Origin: an uncultured Actinomycetes bacterium
GTDB lineage: Bacteria > Actinomycetota > UBA4738 > HRBIN12
DNA: 64,000 nucleotides
Reading direction: 5' to 3'
Assembly: GCA_963704885.1 (NCBI GenBank)
Contig: CAVPIB010000004.1
Location: 736,001 to 800,000, forward strand
Part shown: positions 29,551 to 38,864 of the stretch, piece after piece
Layout of the letters: every line of letters begins with the position of its first letter
Position numbering within the stretch: position 1 is the first letter of the stretch
Notes under the pieces: generated by a model
Database searches by the model: none
What the model saw: the letters and a program-made list of their open reading frames with translations, nothing else
What the model was told of the DNA's origin: nothing
Program-made: the position numbers and the translations under genes

Positions 29551-30516
29551 TCAGTCGATACGGCGGTCGATCGCCCACGAGGATCCGGCGGTCGACTTGG
29601 TGAAGGTCTTCATCTCGGTCGCTATCGCTACGGCCTCGGCGTAGTGCGCGAAGGATCGATGTTGTGTGGTGGCGATGCCGATCGAGATCGAGAGCATCGG
29701 GAAACGCTGGAGCTCACCGCGACGGTTGGCCACCTCGACGTAACCCCGCTCGCGGTCCTCCGGGTCGTAGAGCGTCGGTATCTCGGCGTCGAAGCGCGCG
29801 ACGATGCCCTCTGCGACATCGGTCGCCTTGTCCGGCGAGACGATCAGTACGAAGTCGTCGCCACCCACATGCCCGACGAAGGCCTCTGCGGCGGTCACCT
29901 CTCGTGAGACCTCCTCCAGCAACGTCGACGTCGCCTGGATGACCTGATCGCCGCGCATGAAGCCGTAGTGATCGTTGTAGGCCTTGAAGTGGTCGAGATC
30001 GGCGTACAGCAGTGCGAATTCCCGCCCGCTCTCAACCAGCTGATCGATCTCCTCTTCGATCCGAACGTTGCCCGGGAGCCCCGTGAGCGGAGACTGCGCT
30101 CGCATCTCTCGGGCCCGGCGCAAGACGCCGCGGATCCGGGCGAGCAGCTCCGGAGTGTCGAACGGCTTCACGATGTAGTCGTCCGCACCGATCGCGAACC
30201 CCTCCAGCTTGTCGGCGGAGAGGCCGCGTGCCGTGAGCATGATGATCGACACGGTAGCCGTGCGTGGGTCCTGGCGCAGACGGCGGGTCAGTTCGAACCC
30301 GTCCATGTTCGGCATCATGACGTCGGCCAGGACGAGATCGGGGCTGCGCTCCTGGGCGAGCTCCAAGGCCTGGTTGCCGTCACTCGCGACGCGCACATCG
30401 TAGCCGGCCGCCCGCAACTCGATCTCGAGCAGACGCGCGATGAACGGGTCGTCGTCGGCTACCAGCAGGCTCTCGCCGCCCGCAGCCTCGGACTGGTCGA
30501 TCTGTTGGTCGCTCAC
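29551..30516 (-). CDS. REC-GGDEF response regulator (GGDDF variant)
   Basis: REC domain (DVMMP, KPF), PLTGLPGN, DLDHFKAYNDHYG and HVGGDDF. Confidence 0.9.
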   Translation of the reverse strand: MSDQQIDQSEAAGGESLLVADDDPFIARLLEIELRAAGYDVRVASDGNQALELAQERSPDLVLADVMMPNMDGFELTRRLRQDPRTATVSIIMLTARGLSADKLEGFAIGADDYIVKPFDTPELLARIRGVLRRAREMRAQSPLTGLPGNVRIEEEIDQLVESGREFALLYADLDHFKAYNDHYGFMRGDQVIQATSTLLEEVSREVTAAEAFVGHVGGDDFVLIVSPDKATDVAEGIVARFDAEIPTLYDPEDRERGYVEVANRRGELQRFPMLSISIGIATTQHRSFAHYAEAVAIATEMKTFTKSTAGSSWAIDRRID

Positions 30517-30698
30517 GCCTCCCCCTGCTTGGTCAGGTGGGACATCCGCCCACGTCCACCGTCCCTAGGTTCGGCACTTTACTCTCGAAGATGTAGCCAA
30601 TCCCGGTATTCGCTTCCGGCCGCTCTCAGGGGGCAACCCCATGCCGGGACGTCGTCGGCCGCGCGTGGCACGATAGGGCCACGGACGAGAGGGGTTGC

Positions 30699-32072
30699 AT
30701 GGAGACGCTCGACACGTTCCTGGATGCGATGGGCAACACCCCGCTCGTGCGTCTGCACTCGGTCACGCGCGGCGTGCGTCCGACCGTGCTCGCCAAGCTG
30801 GAGATGCTGAACCCCGGCGGGAGCGTCAAGGACCGCATCGGGATCAGGATGATCGAGGCGGCCGAGAGATCGGGCCTGCTGAAGCCTGGCGGCACGATAG
30901 TGGAGCCCACATCGGGCAACACCGGTCACGGATTGGCGATCGCCGCGGCCATCCGCGGATACAAATGCATCTTCGTTATGCCCGACAAGATGAGCCAGGA
31001 GAAGATCGGGCTCCTGCGAGCCTACGGCGCCGAGGTCGTGATCTGCCCGACGGCGGTCGCGCCCGAGTCGCCCGAGTCCTACTACAGGGTCGCCGATCGG
31101 CTCGCCGAGGAGATCCCAGGGGCTTACCAACCCAACCAGTACTTCAATCCCGAGAACCCCAAGACCCACTACGAAACGACGGGACCGGAGGTCTGGCGTC
31201 AGACCGACGGGGCGATCGACGTGTTCGTGGCCGGTGTAGGGACCGGCGGCACCATCAGCGGCGTCGGGCATTACCTGAAGGAGCAGAACCCGAACGTGAT
31301 GGTGGTCGGCGCCGACCCCGAGGGCTCGGTCTACTCCGGTGACGAGCCTCGCCCCTATCTGGTGGAGGGGATCGGGGAGGACTTCTGGCCGGGAACGTTC
31401 GACCCCGCTGTGGTGGACCGGTATGTGAAGGTGTCGGACAGGGATTCGTTCCGGACGGCGCGCGCCGTTACTCGACAGGAGGGGATCTTGGTCGGTGGCT
31501 CTGCGGGGACGGCTGTCTTCGCCGCCCTGCACGTCGCGCGCGAGCTGGACGAGACCAAGACGATCGTGGTCCTGCTCCCGGACACCGGGCGCCAGTACCT
31601 GTCCAAGATCTACTCCGATTCGTGGATGCTGCAGCACGGGATGCTCGACCGCCCCGACGTGGTGCGCGTCGAAGAGGTGCTCACGCACAAGCACACGGAG
31701 ATGCCGCCGCTCATCACTGTCGGCGCGCACGACAAGGTGCGCCAGGCCGTGGACCGGCTGCAAGAGCACGACATCTCGCAGGCACCCGTCGTGCGCGAGG
31801 ACAGCACCGACGTGTCGCAGTTCGTGGGCTCGATCCGCGATCGTGAGCTGCTGGATCGGATCTTCCGCGACCCGGATGCGCTGCAGGCCGACGTGGCCGA
31901 GGTCATGGCAGCGCCGATCGCCATGGTGGAGTTCGACGACCCGATCGAATCGGCGTTCGCCGAGCTGGAGCACGGGTCCGCGGTGCTGGTGACCAAGGCG
32001 GGCCAGGTGCTCGGCGTGCTGACGCGGAGCGACCTGCTGGACTTCCTGGCCCACCGACAGCGGACGCCTTAG
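30699..32072 (+). CDS. cbs: cystathionine beta-synthase with C-terminal CBS pair
   Basis: NPGGSVKDR, EPTSGNTG and GTGGT motifs plus a C-terminal CBS domain pair. Confidence 0.95.
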   Translation: METLDTFLDAMGNTPLVRLHSVTRGVRPTVLAKLEMLNPGGSVKDRIGIRMIEAAERSGLLKPGGTIVEPTSGNTGHGLAIAAAIRGYKCIFVMPDKMSQEKIGLLRAYGAEVVICPTAVAPESPESYYRVADRLAEEIPGAYQPNQYFNPENPKTHYETTGPEVWRQTDGAIDVFVAGVGTGGTISGVGHYLKEQNPNVMVVGADPEGSVYSGDEPRPYLVEGIGEDFWPGTFDPAVVDRYVKVSDRDSFRTARAVTRQEGILVGGSAGTAVFAALHVARELDETKTIVVLLPDTGRQYLSKIYSDSWMLQHGMLDRPDVVRVEEVLTHKHTEMPPLITVGAHDKVRQAVDRLQEHDISQAPVVREDSTDVSQFVGSIRDRELLDRIFRDPDALQADVAEVMAAPIAMVEFDDPIESAFAELEHGSAVLVTKAGQVLGVLTRSDLLDFLAHRQRTP

Positions 32073-32075
32073 CGC

Positions 32076-32915
32076 GTGCGATCGCTCGGCATCGATGTCG
32101 GTGTGACCAAGGGCCTGGACCTGGTCCTGATGGACGAACGCCGGGTGCCACTCGCGGTACGGGCGCACGTCGGACCGGGCGAGGTGGGCGCGCTCCTGGA
32201 TGAGCTGCGCCCCGACGTGATCGCGATCGACTCCCCGCCGCGATGGGCGGCGAGCGGCCGTTCGCGCCGCACCGAAAGAGAGCTGGCCTCGTGCAACATC
32301 CAGTCGTTCAACACGCCGTCTGAGGCCCACGGCCGCGGTAACGCGTTCTTCCGCTGGATGGAGGTGGGGTTCGAGGTCTTCCGGGTGGCGAACGAGCGCG
32401 GCTTCTCCACGTACAGCGGCGGCAACCCTAAGGGTCGGGCGCTGGAGGTCTTCCCGCACGCGACTGCCGTGGTGCTGGCGGGGAGTCTTCCGCCGAAGGG
32501 CATCTCGAAACACGGCTGGCGTGAACAGGTATTGCGCGCCCAGGGCGTCCGGACCGACGAGCTGACCTCGGGGGACCGGATCGACGCGGCCCTGGCTGCG
32601 CTCACGGGCCTGATCGCGCTCGAAGGTAAGCGATTCGCCCCCGGCGATCCGAAGGACGGCGTGATCGTCCTGCCCGTGAGCACGCTGCCGGCAAAGCCGT
32701 TCCGCCGGGCGGCGCGCGCGCCGGCGGTGGTGGCGCCGCTCTTCAACTACTGTGCCTGCGGCGATCCGGCGTGCGACGAGTTAGTGCGGAGCCAGTTCGC
32801 GCCCGGGCACGACGCCAAGCGCAAGGCCGCGCTCTGGCGGCAGGCGCGAGAAGGCCAGGAAGCGATCGACGAGCTACAGGAGCGAGGATGGAAGCTGCCC
32901 CCGGAGATGCGGTAG
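32076..32915 (+). CDS. DUF429 (RNase H-like) protein with C-terminal Cys/His domain
   Basis: LGIDVG, IAIDSP, EVFPHAT and DRIDAALAA motifs, with tail CACGDPAC...FAPGHDA. Confidence 0.78.
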   Translation: MRSLGIDVGVTKGLDLVLMDERRVPLAVRAHVGPGEVGALLDELRPDVIAIDSPPRWAASGRSRRTERELASCNIQSFNTPSEAHGRGNAFFRWMEVGFEVFRVANERGFSTYSGGNPKGRALEVFPHATAVVLAGSLPPKGISKHGWREQVLRAQGVRTDELTSGDRIDAALAALTGLIALEGKRFAPGDPKDGVIVLPVSTLPAKPFRRAARAPAVVAPLFNYCACGDPACDELVRSQFAPGHDAKRKAALWRQAREGQEAIDELQERGWKLPPEMR

Positions 32916-34045
32916 ACGGCGAGCACTTCGAGACTCGCGCCATCCACGCGGGTCAGGACCCCGAGGGACTGTACGGCGCGGTGAACGTCCCCATCTATCA
33001 GACGTCGACCTACGCCCAGGATGCCGTGGGCGAGTTCAAGAAGTGGGACTACGGCCGAGGAGGTAACCCGACGCGCGAGGCGTTCCAGGTTGCGCTTGCG
33101 GCCCTGGAGGGTGGTACCGATGGCTTCGCGTTCGCAAGCGGCCTGGGCGCCGAGACCACCCTGTTGCTCACCCTGCAGCCCGGCGACCACGTGGTGCTTG
33201 CGGACGACGTCTACGGCGGCACGTACCGCCTGCTGTCGAAGGTGTTCGCAGGTTGGGGGCTGACGTTCTCGACCGCGGATCTGAGCGACGCGGCGGCGCT
33301 GGGGGCGGCGCTCACGCCACAGACCCGGCTGGTCTGGATCGAGACGCCGTCCAACCCGCTCCTGAAGATCGTAGACATCGCCGCGATCGCCGATGTTGCG
33401 CACGCGGCGGGTGCGCGGGTCGTCGTCGACAATACGTTCGCAACACCTGCGCTGCAGCGGCCCTTGGAGTTCGGCGCCGACGCCGTCGTCCACAGCGTGA
33501 CGAAGTACATCGGCGGCCATTCGGATCTGATCGGCGGCGCGATCGTGACGAGCGATGCCGAGTGGATCGAGCGCCTCGGCTTCCTGGTGAACGCGGTGGG
33601 CGCGGTGCCGGGGCCCATGGACTGCTACCTGGCGCTACGCGGACTGAAGACGCTTGCCGTGCGGATGCGCGCGCACTGCGAGGGCGCGCGCGCGATCGCC
33701 GCGTTCCTCGCGCAACACCCTCGGGTCCAAGCGGTCCACTACCCCGGGCTGGCATCACATCCGGGACACGGCGTAGCGGCCCGTCAGATGTCGGACTTCG
33801 GCGGGATCGTTACGTTCGAGGTCGGCTCGGCAGAGGAGGCCTTGGCGGTCGTGCAGGGCACGCGGCTGTTCTTCCTCGCGGAGTCGCTCGGTGGCGTCGA
33901 GTCCTTGATCGAGGTACCTGGGCCTATGACTCATGCCAGCGTCGCCGGGTCCCCGCTGGAGGTGCCACCGACGTTGATACGACTTTCGGTCGGGATCGAG
34001 CACCCCGACGACCTGATCGCGGACCTGGAGCGAGCGCTCGGGTAG
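32888..34045 (+). CDS. cystathionine gamma-lyase/gamma-synthase (Cys/Met PLP enzyme)
   Basis: FETRAIHAGQ, PIYQTSTY, VVDNTFATP, HSVTKYIGGHSD and AESLGGVESL motifs. Confidence 0.93.
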   Translation: MEAAPGDAVDGEHFETRAIHAGQDPEGLYGAVNVPIYQTSTYAQDAVGEFKKWDYGRGGNPTREAFQVALAALEGGTDGFAFASGLGAETTLLLTLQPGDHVVLADDVYGGTYRLLSKVFAGWGLTFSTADLSDAAALGAALTPQTRLVWIETPSNPLLKIVDIAAIADVAHAAGARVVVDNTFATPALQRPLEFGADAVVHSVTKYIGGHSDLIGGAIVTSDAEWIERLGFLVNAVGAVPGPMDCYLALRGLKTLAVRMRAHCEGARAIAAFLAQHPRVQAVHYPGLASHPGHGVAARQMSDFGGIVTFEVGSAEEALAVVQGTRLFFLAESLGGVESLIEVPGPMTHASVAGSPLEVPPTLIRLSVGIEHPDDLIADLERALG

Positions 34046-34297
34046 GGGCTACAACACCGAGGCCAGGTCGCGTCGGAGGGACCTCGAACCCGATCGTCGT
34101 CGACCGGCCAAAAGGCTTATAGACCATCCCCCGCTCCCAGGTCTAACATAGGTCATCCGTCCGAGTTCCAATCCTTCGTGGGCGTATAGATCTGAGGAGA
34201 CCACGAACTGAATCCCCCCGATGCTGGCCGGGGCCTACTGTCGATCAGGAGGTCCCGTCCAGCGGCCACTCGCATTTCGCACACGATCACCTGGGTC

Positions 34298-37200
34298 GTG
34301 CTCGCTGGTCTGCTATCGACGACCCTGGCCGTCGCCACGGCCAGACCCGCGCGGGCGTTGTCCCCGGTCCTGCTCGCCGATTGGGAGATGAACGAAGCGC
34401 CGGGTTCGCAAGTGATGACCGACAACAGCGGCAACGACATCAACGGCGCGATCGGGAGCGCGGTCCAGGTCGGCACTTTCCTGGACGGGGCGACCGGCTA
34501 CGCCTGGGACAACGGCAGCCCCACCGCACCGCCGCCCAAGCCTGAGCGCCTCGTGACGGTCTCCGACAGTCGCCTCAATCCGGGGAACCGGGACTTCGCC
34601 ATCACTATCCGCTTCCGTACCACCCGTTCGTACGGGAACATGATCCAGAAGGGCCAGTCGCAGACCCCCGGCGGCTATTTCAAATGGGAGATCCCCAGCG
34701 GGATCCTCATGTGCCTGTTCAGGTCGCGCAGCCAGAACGGCACGCTTCTGGGTGAGAAGTCCGTCAAGTCGCCCGCGAGCATGCCGCTCAACGACGGCGT
34801 GTGGCATACGGTCCGGTGCGAGAAGACGGTCGATCGGGTGACGATGACTATCGACGGAACGACCACCGTGCGATCGTCGCGGGGCACCATCGGGAGCATC
34901 TCGAACACCGTCCCCCTGACCATCGCGGGGAAATCGAACTGCGACCAGGTCGAGATCACGTGTGACTACTTCAGCGGCAACATCGACTACATCCGCATCG
35001 AAGCCGGCAAGACGGGGACCGATCTCCAGCCTCCGACGACGCCGGGGCAGCCGACCGGAGAGAGCCACGGCTACAGCGTGACCGACCTCACCTGGGCGGG
35101 CTCGACCGACAACGTGAGCAGCACCCTCCAGTACCGGGTCTATCGCGATGGCGGCTTGATCGCCATCACGCCCAGCTCAGCGTCAACGGTCCACTACACC
35201 GACACGGGACTGGCTCCCGGATCGACCCACACCTACTCGATCCTCGCATCGGATCTGTCGGGCAACGTCAGTCCGATGAGCCCGGTCTCCGCTCCGATCC
35301 AAACCGAGGTCGCTCCGCTGGGCACGTTCGTCGACGACTTCTCGAGCGGGTTCACGAACTGGAACACAGTGACGGGCATGACGATCGACGGATCGATCGG
35401 CGATGCGGACGCGCCGAGCGCTCGGGTGCAGGTCAACGACGCGGCCGCGACCGCGTCGAAGGTGCTGCCCAGCACGCTCAGCTCGGCGTGCACGAGCTTC
35501 CACATCAACGCGACCGCGCTCGTCTCCAACTCGATCCTGATGCGGCTGCGCACCGCGGTCGACGGGAACATCCTCCGGTTGTTCGTCGATACCGCGGGCA
35601 TGCTTCGGCTTCGCTCGGACGTGTCGAGCACGCAATCGCCCGCGACCGTCCCGCTGGGGACCGGGGCTTGGCACACCCTCGAAGTGTGCGGGACCGTCGG
35701 CACAACCGGTTCGTGGAGTCTGTATCGGGATGGTGCCCTGATCCTCAACCAGTGGGTCGTCAACACGGGCACGGCGCCCATCGGGCGGCTCGAGCTCGGT
35801 GACTTCAACGCCCGGACGTGGACCGCGAACTACGACACGGTGATCGTCGACCAAGCCGCGGGAGAGCAGCTGCCGGACACCGACGGGCCGACGACGCCCG
35901 GTCAGCCGACGGGTACCAGCACGTCGGCGGGCCGCATCGACCTGACGTGGGGCGCTTCGACCGATCAGACCCCGCCGATCACGTACCGGATCTACCGCGA
36001 CGGTGACACTGCCCCGATCGGTCAGACCACCGGTACGACGTTCAGCGACACAGGTCTCGTCGACGGGTCGTCCCACACCTATGCGGTGGACGCGGTGGAC
36101 GCGGTCGGCGGGACGCCCAACGTGAGCCAGCTGAGCCCGTCCTCGGACCCGATCACGGTCTTCACTCCCGTGCCGGACACCGACGGGCCGACGACGCCCG
36201 GTCAGCCGACTGGTACCAGCACGTCGGCGGGCCGCATCGACCTGACATGGGGCGCTTCGACCGATCAGACCCCGCCGATCACATACCGGATCTACCGCGA
36301 CGGTGACACTGCCCCGATCGGTCAGACCACCGGCACGACGTTCAGCGACACCGGTCTCGTCGACGGGTCGTCCCACACCTACGCGGTGGACGCGGTGGAC
36401 GCGGTCGGCGAGACGCCCAACGTGAGCCAGCTGAGCCCGTCCTCGGACCCGATCACGGTCTTCACTCCCGTGCCGGACACCGACGGGCCGACGACGCCCG
36501 GTCAGCCGACTGGTACCAGCACGTCGGCGGGCCGCATCGACCTGACATGGGGCGCTTCGACCGATCAGAGCCCGCCGATCACGTACCGGATCTACCGCGA
36601 CGGTGACACTGCCCCGATCGGTCAGACCACCGGCACGACGTTCAGCGACACAGGTCTCGTCGACGGGTCGTCCCACACCTACGCGGTGGACGCGGTGGAC
36701 GCGGTCGGCGAGACGCCCAACGTGAGCCAACTGAGCCCATCCTCGGACCCGATCACGGTCTTTACGCCGCCACCCTTCATCTTCGCCGACGACTTCTCGA
36801 CGGGGAACTTCGCGAATTGGTCGGGGTAACGAGGCTCACGATCGACGCCACGCAGGGATCCGGCGCCTTGCCGAGCGCCCGGGCGCAGGTGAGCGGCCAG
36901 AGCGCTTGGGCCTACCGGACCCTTTCGGAGACGTACACCTCGGCGTGCATGAGCGTGAACATCAACGCGACGTCGTTCGGCGGCAACGCGGTCGCCTTGT
37001 TGCGGTTGCGGACGTCCACGGATGACCCAATCGTGCGGGTCTACGCGAGCGCGACGGGGGTCCTTTCGACACGCTCGGACGTCTCCGGGGCCACGTTCAG
37101 CTCCGGCGTCACGCTCGGCGCCGGCTGGCACCACCTTGAGCTTTGCGGCGCGGTCGGGAGCACAGGTGCGTGGGACCTCTACCGAGACGGCGTGCAGATC

Positions 37201-37323
37201 GTGAACGGATGGGTCTCGAACACCGGCACGACACCGATCGGCAGGATCCAGATCGGCGACACAGCGGCGAAGTCGTTCACGATCAACTGGGATGACGTGG
37301 TGCTCGATCAGGTCGTGGGGTGA
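34298..37323 (+). CDS. secreted multidomain protein: LamG/ConA-like domain, FN3-like repeats and two copies of a beta-rich domain; apparent -1 frameshift at 36823-36826
   Basis: AxA signal peptide, LNDGVWHTV LamG motif, FN3-like PTTPG...YRIYRDG...YAVDAVDA. Adding one G to the GGGG run joins DDFSTGNFANWSG to VTRLTID, matching the first copy DDFSSGFTNWNTVTGMTID. Confidence 0.85.
35871..36770 (+). repeat. three tandem 300-bp intragenic repeats (FN3-like modules)
   Basis: Units start TGCCGGACACCGACGGGCCG at 35871, 36171 and 36471. I counted 7 differences between units 1 and 2. Confidence 0.97.
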
Positions 37324-37673
37324 GTTCCAGACCTGAACGTGCGCAACACCAGAGCTGCCTCCACAAGAGCCAGCTGGAAACAGACCGATTCCCGAGCGGG
37401 TAAATCCTGGGCTGACGCATCACCCAGCTGACCATCCGTGGGCGAGGGCGAAGTCAACGGCGCCCCAACGATCGCTCTTGGATGCAGAATGCTGACGACG
37501 CGTGCAGTAGGGACCGACAGCGACTCCACTGCGACTTCCCAACCTGCTCCCGCTCTGCCGGCGCCACCATCGGTTAGTCCACCAAGCGGTTTCGGGTTGG
37601 AGCTCGAGGGCGACGTCCGCTGTTCAGAAGACCCGACGGATCGCCGTTGGAGGATCGGGCTCCCCCGTAACGA

Positions 37674-37838
37674 CTAGGACTTCGGGCGCTTCATGTAGGC
37701 GACCAGGCTCTTGCCGCCCATCGGGTTCTCGATCTGGGCGACCGAGACAAGCTCCCATCCGTCCTCTCCGAACGTGTTCAGGATCTCGCCGGGGTTGTGC
37801 TCCAGGAGCGGTGCCACGAAGTACTCCCACTTCTGCAT
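37674..37838 (-). CDS. small DUF4177-like protein (54 aa)
   Basis: Manual translation MQKWEYFVAPLLEHNPGEILNTFGEDGWELVSV...LVAYMKRPKS, with KWEY/GxxGWELV pattern. Not in the ORF track. Confidence 0.85.
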   Translation of the reverse strand: MQKWEYFVAPLLEHNPGEILNTFGEDGWELVSVAQIENPMGGKSLVAYMKRPKS

Positions 37839-37842
37839 CTAC

Positions 37843-38266
37843 TCATCCTTCCGTGTCGAGCCGCTTGATCGTGTTCCGGATGCATACGCCCATGATGACT
37901 TCCAGGCCCGCCTCCGACGCGATCCGATAGGCCTCTTCGTTCACGATCCCGTCCTGCAGCCAGAGCACCTTCGCGCCGATCGCCACTGCGTCGCGCGCCA
38001 CGTCGGGTGTCTGCTCCGCGCGCCGGAACACGTCCACCACGTCGACCTGGATCTCGTCCGGGATGTCACCCAACGAGCGCGTACGCCCGCTCGCCAAGCA
38101 CTTCCGTCTCACGCGGGTTGACCGGAACGATCCGATAGCCGCGCTCCTGCAGGTACTCGGCCACGCCGTACGACGGGCGATCGGGCTTGGACGACAACCC
38201 GACGACGGCGATCGTGTGGGAATCGCCCAGCAGCGCCCGGAGCTCTCGATCCTCGGGCGCGCTCAC
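37843..38266 (-). CDS. CoA-binding protein (YccU-like); apparent +1 frameshift at about 38077
   Basis: TIAVVGLSSKPDRPSYGVAEYLQERGY..PVNP and VDVFR...LWLQDGI...C lie in two frames. Removing one base gives AYASLGDIP. Confidence 0.88.
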
Positions 38267-38850
38267 CGCTGGATCAACCACGATGCCTCCCTCCGTACCA
38301 CCTCGAGCAATGAGTGCAGCATCCACCCGGTCGCTCCCCAGATGGTGTGTCCGTCCAGCTCGTAGGCGAACCCCTGCCAGGCCGTTCCGCCTTCGCGCGC
38401 GATCTCTACCGCGCGCTCCACCGCGGCAAGCCGCGCCACGGGGAACGTCAGCACCTCCTGGATCTCCTCATCGCTCACGGTGAACGCCGGCGGGGCCGCC
38501 AACATGCCCACGAACGGGATCACCAGGATCCCACTCACGAACGTGTGGACAGCCGGGAGCGCCCCGACCAGCTCAAACTCCGCCGGGACCAGGCCTATCT
38601 CCTCGAACGCTTCACGTAGCGCGGTGTCTCGAAGCGTCTCGCCCGGGTCCTGCAGCCCTCCAGGGAACGAGATCTCCCCGGCGTGCCGAGAGAGATCATT
38701 CGAACGGACCGTGAACACTATCGAGGGCTCGGGCGCTTCCACGAACGGCGCGACCACCGCCGCCAACCGGTCGCCCGGGCCGGGCGCCGGGACGGGGTCC
38801 TGGTCGAGCGCAGACCGCAGCGCCTCCCGGAGTTGTTCGACGGGTACCAT
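38263..38850 (-). CDS. Nudix CoA pyrophosphatase (NudL-like)
   Basis: HAGEISFPGG...ALREAFEEIG and IWGATG motifs. Confidence 0.92.
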   Translation of the reverse strand: MVPVEQLREALRSALDQDPVPAPGPGDRLAAVVAPFVEAPEPSIVFTVRSNDLSRHAGEISFPGGLQDPGETLRDTALREAFEEIGLVPAEFELVGALPAVHTFVSGILVIPFVGMLAAPPAFTVSDEEIQEVLTFPVARLAAVERAVEIAREGGTAWQGFAYELDGHTIWGATGWMLHSLLEVVRREASWLIQR

Positions 38851-38864
38851 CGGGCGCCATGGTA
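38845..38864. promoter_or_regulatory. symmetric divergent leaderless promoter pair
   Basis: TACCAT-CGGGCGCC-ATGGTA: a TANNNT box sits 8 nt before the ATG on both strands. Confidence 0.6.

Noticed and set aside
34046-34297. Possible riboswitch (c-di-AMP/c-di-GMP) or tRNA remnant before the secreted protein gene
   Set aside because: Only short fragments such as CTGAATCC resemble the consensus. I could not build the required stems or a cloverleaf.
35871-36770. Repeat array as CRISPR or a mobile element
   Set aside because: The 300-bp units are in-frame and coding, with no spacers, cas genes or terminal repeats.
36827-36829. TAA as a stop-readthrough or recoding site in the LamG/FN3 gene
   Set aside because: The downstream part is in a different frame, and one missing G in a homopolymer explains it.
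37577-37589. 13-bp GTCCACCAAGCGG shared with the spacer at 62941-62953
   Set aside because: A single 13-mer match is expected by chance in 64 kb, and there is no flanking similarity.
37324-37673. Short ORFs 37308-37529 (-) and 37438-37677 (+)
   Set aside because: Atypical codon usage, no motifs and no clear start signals; treated as non-coding or decayed sequence.
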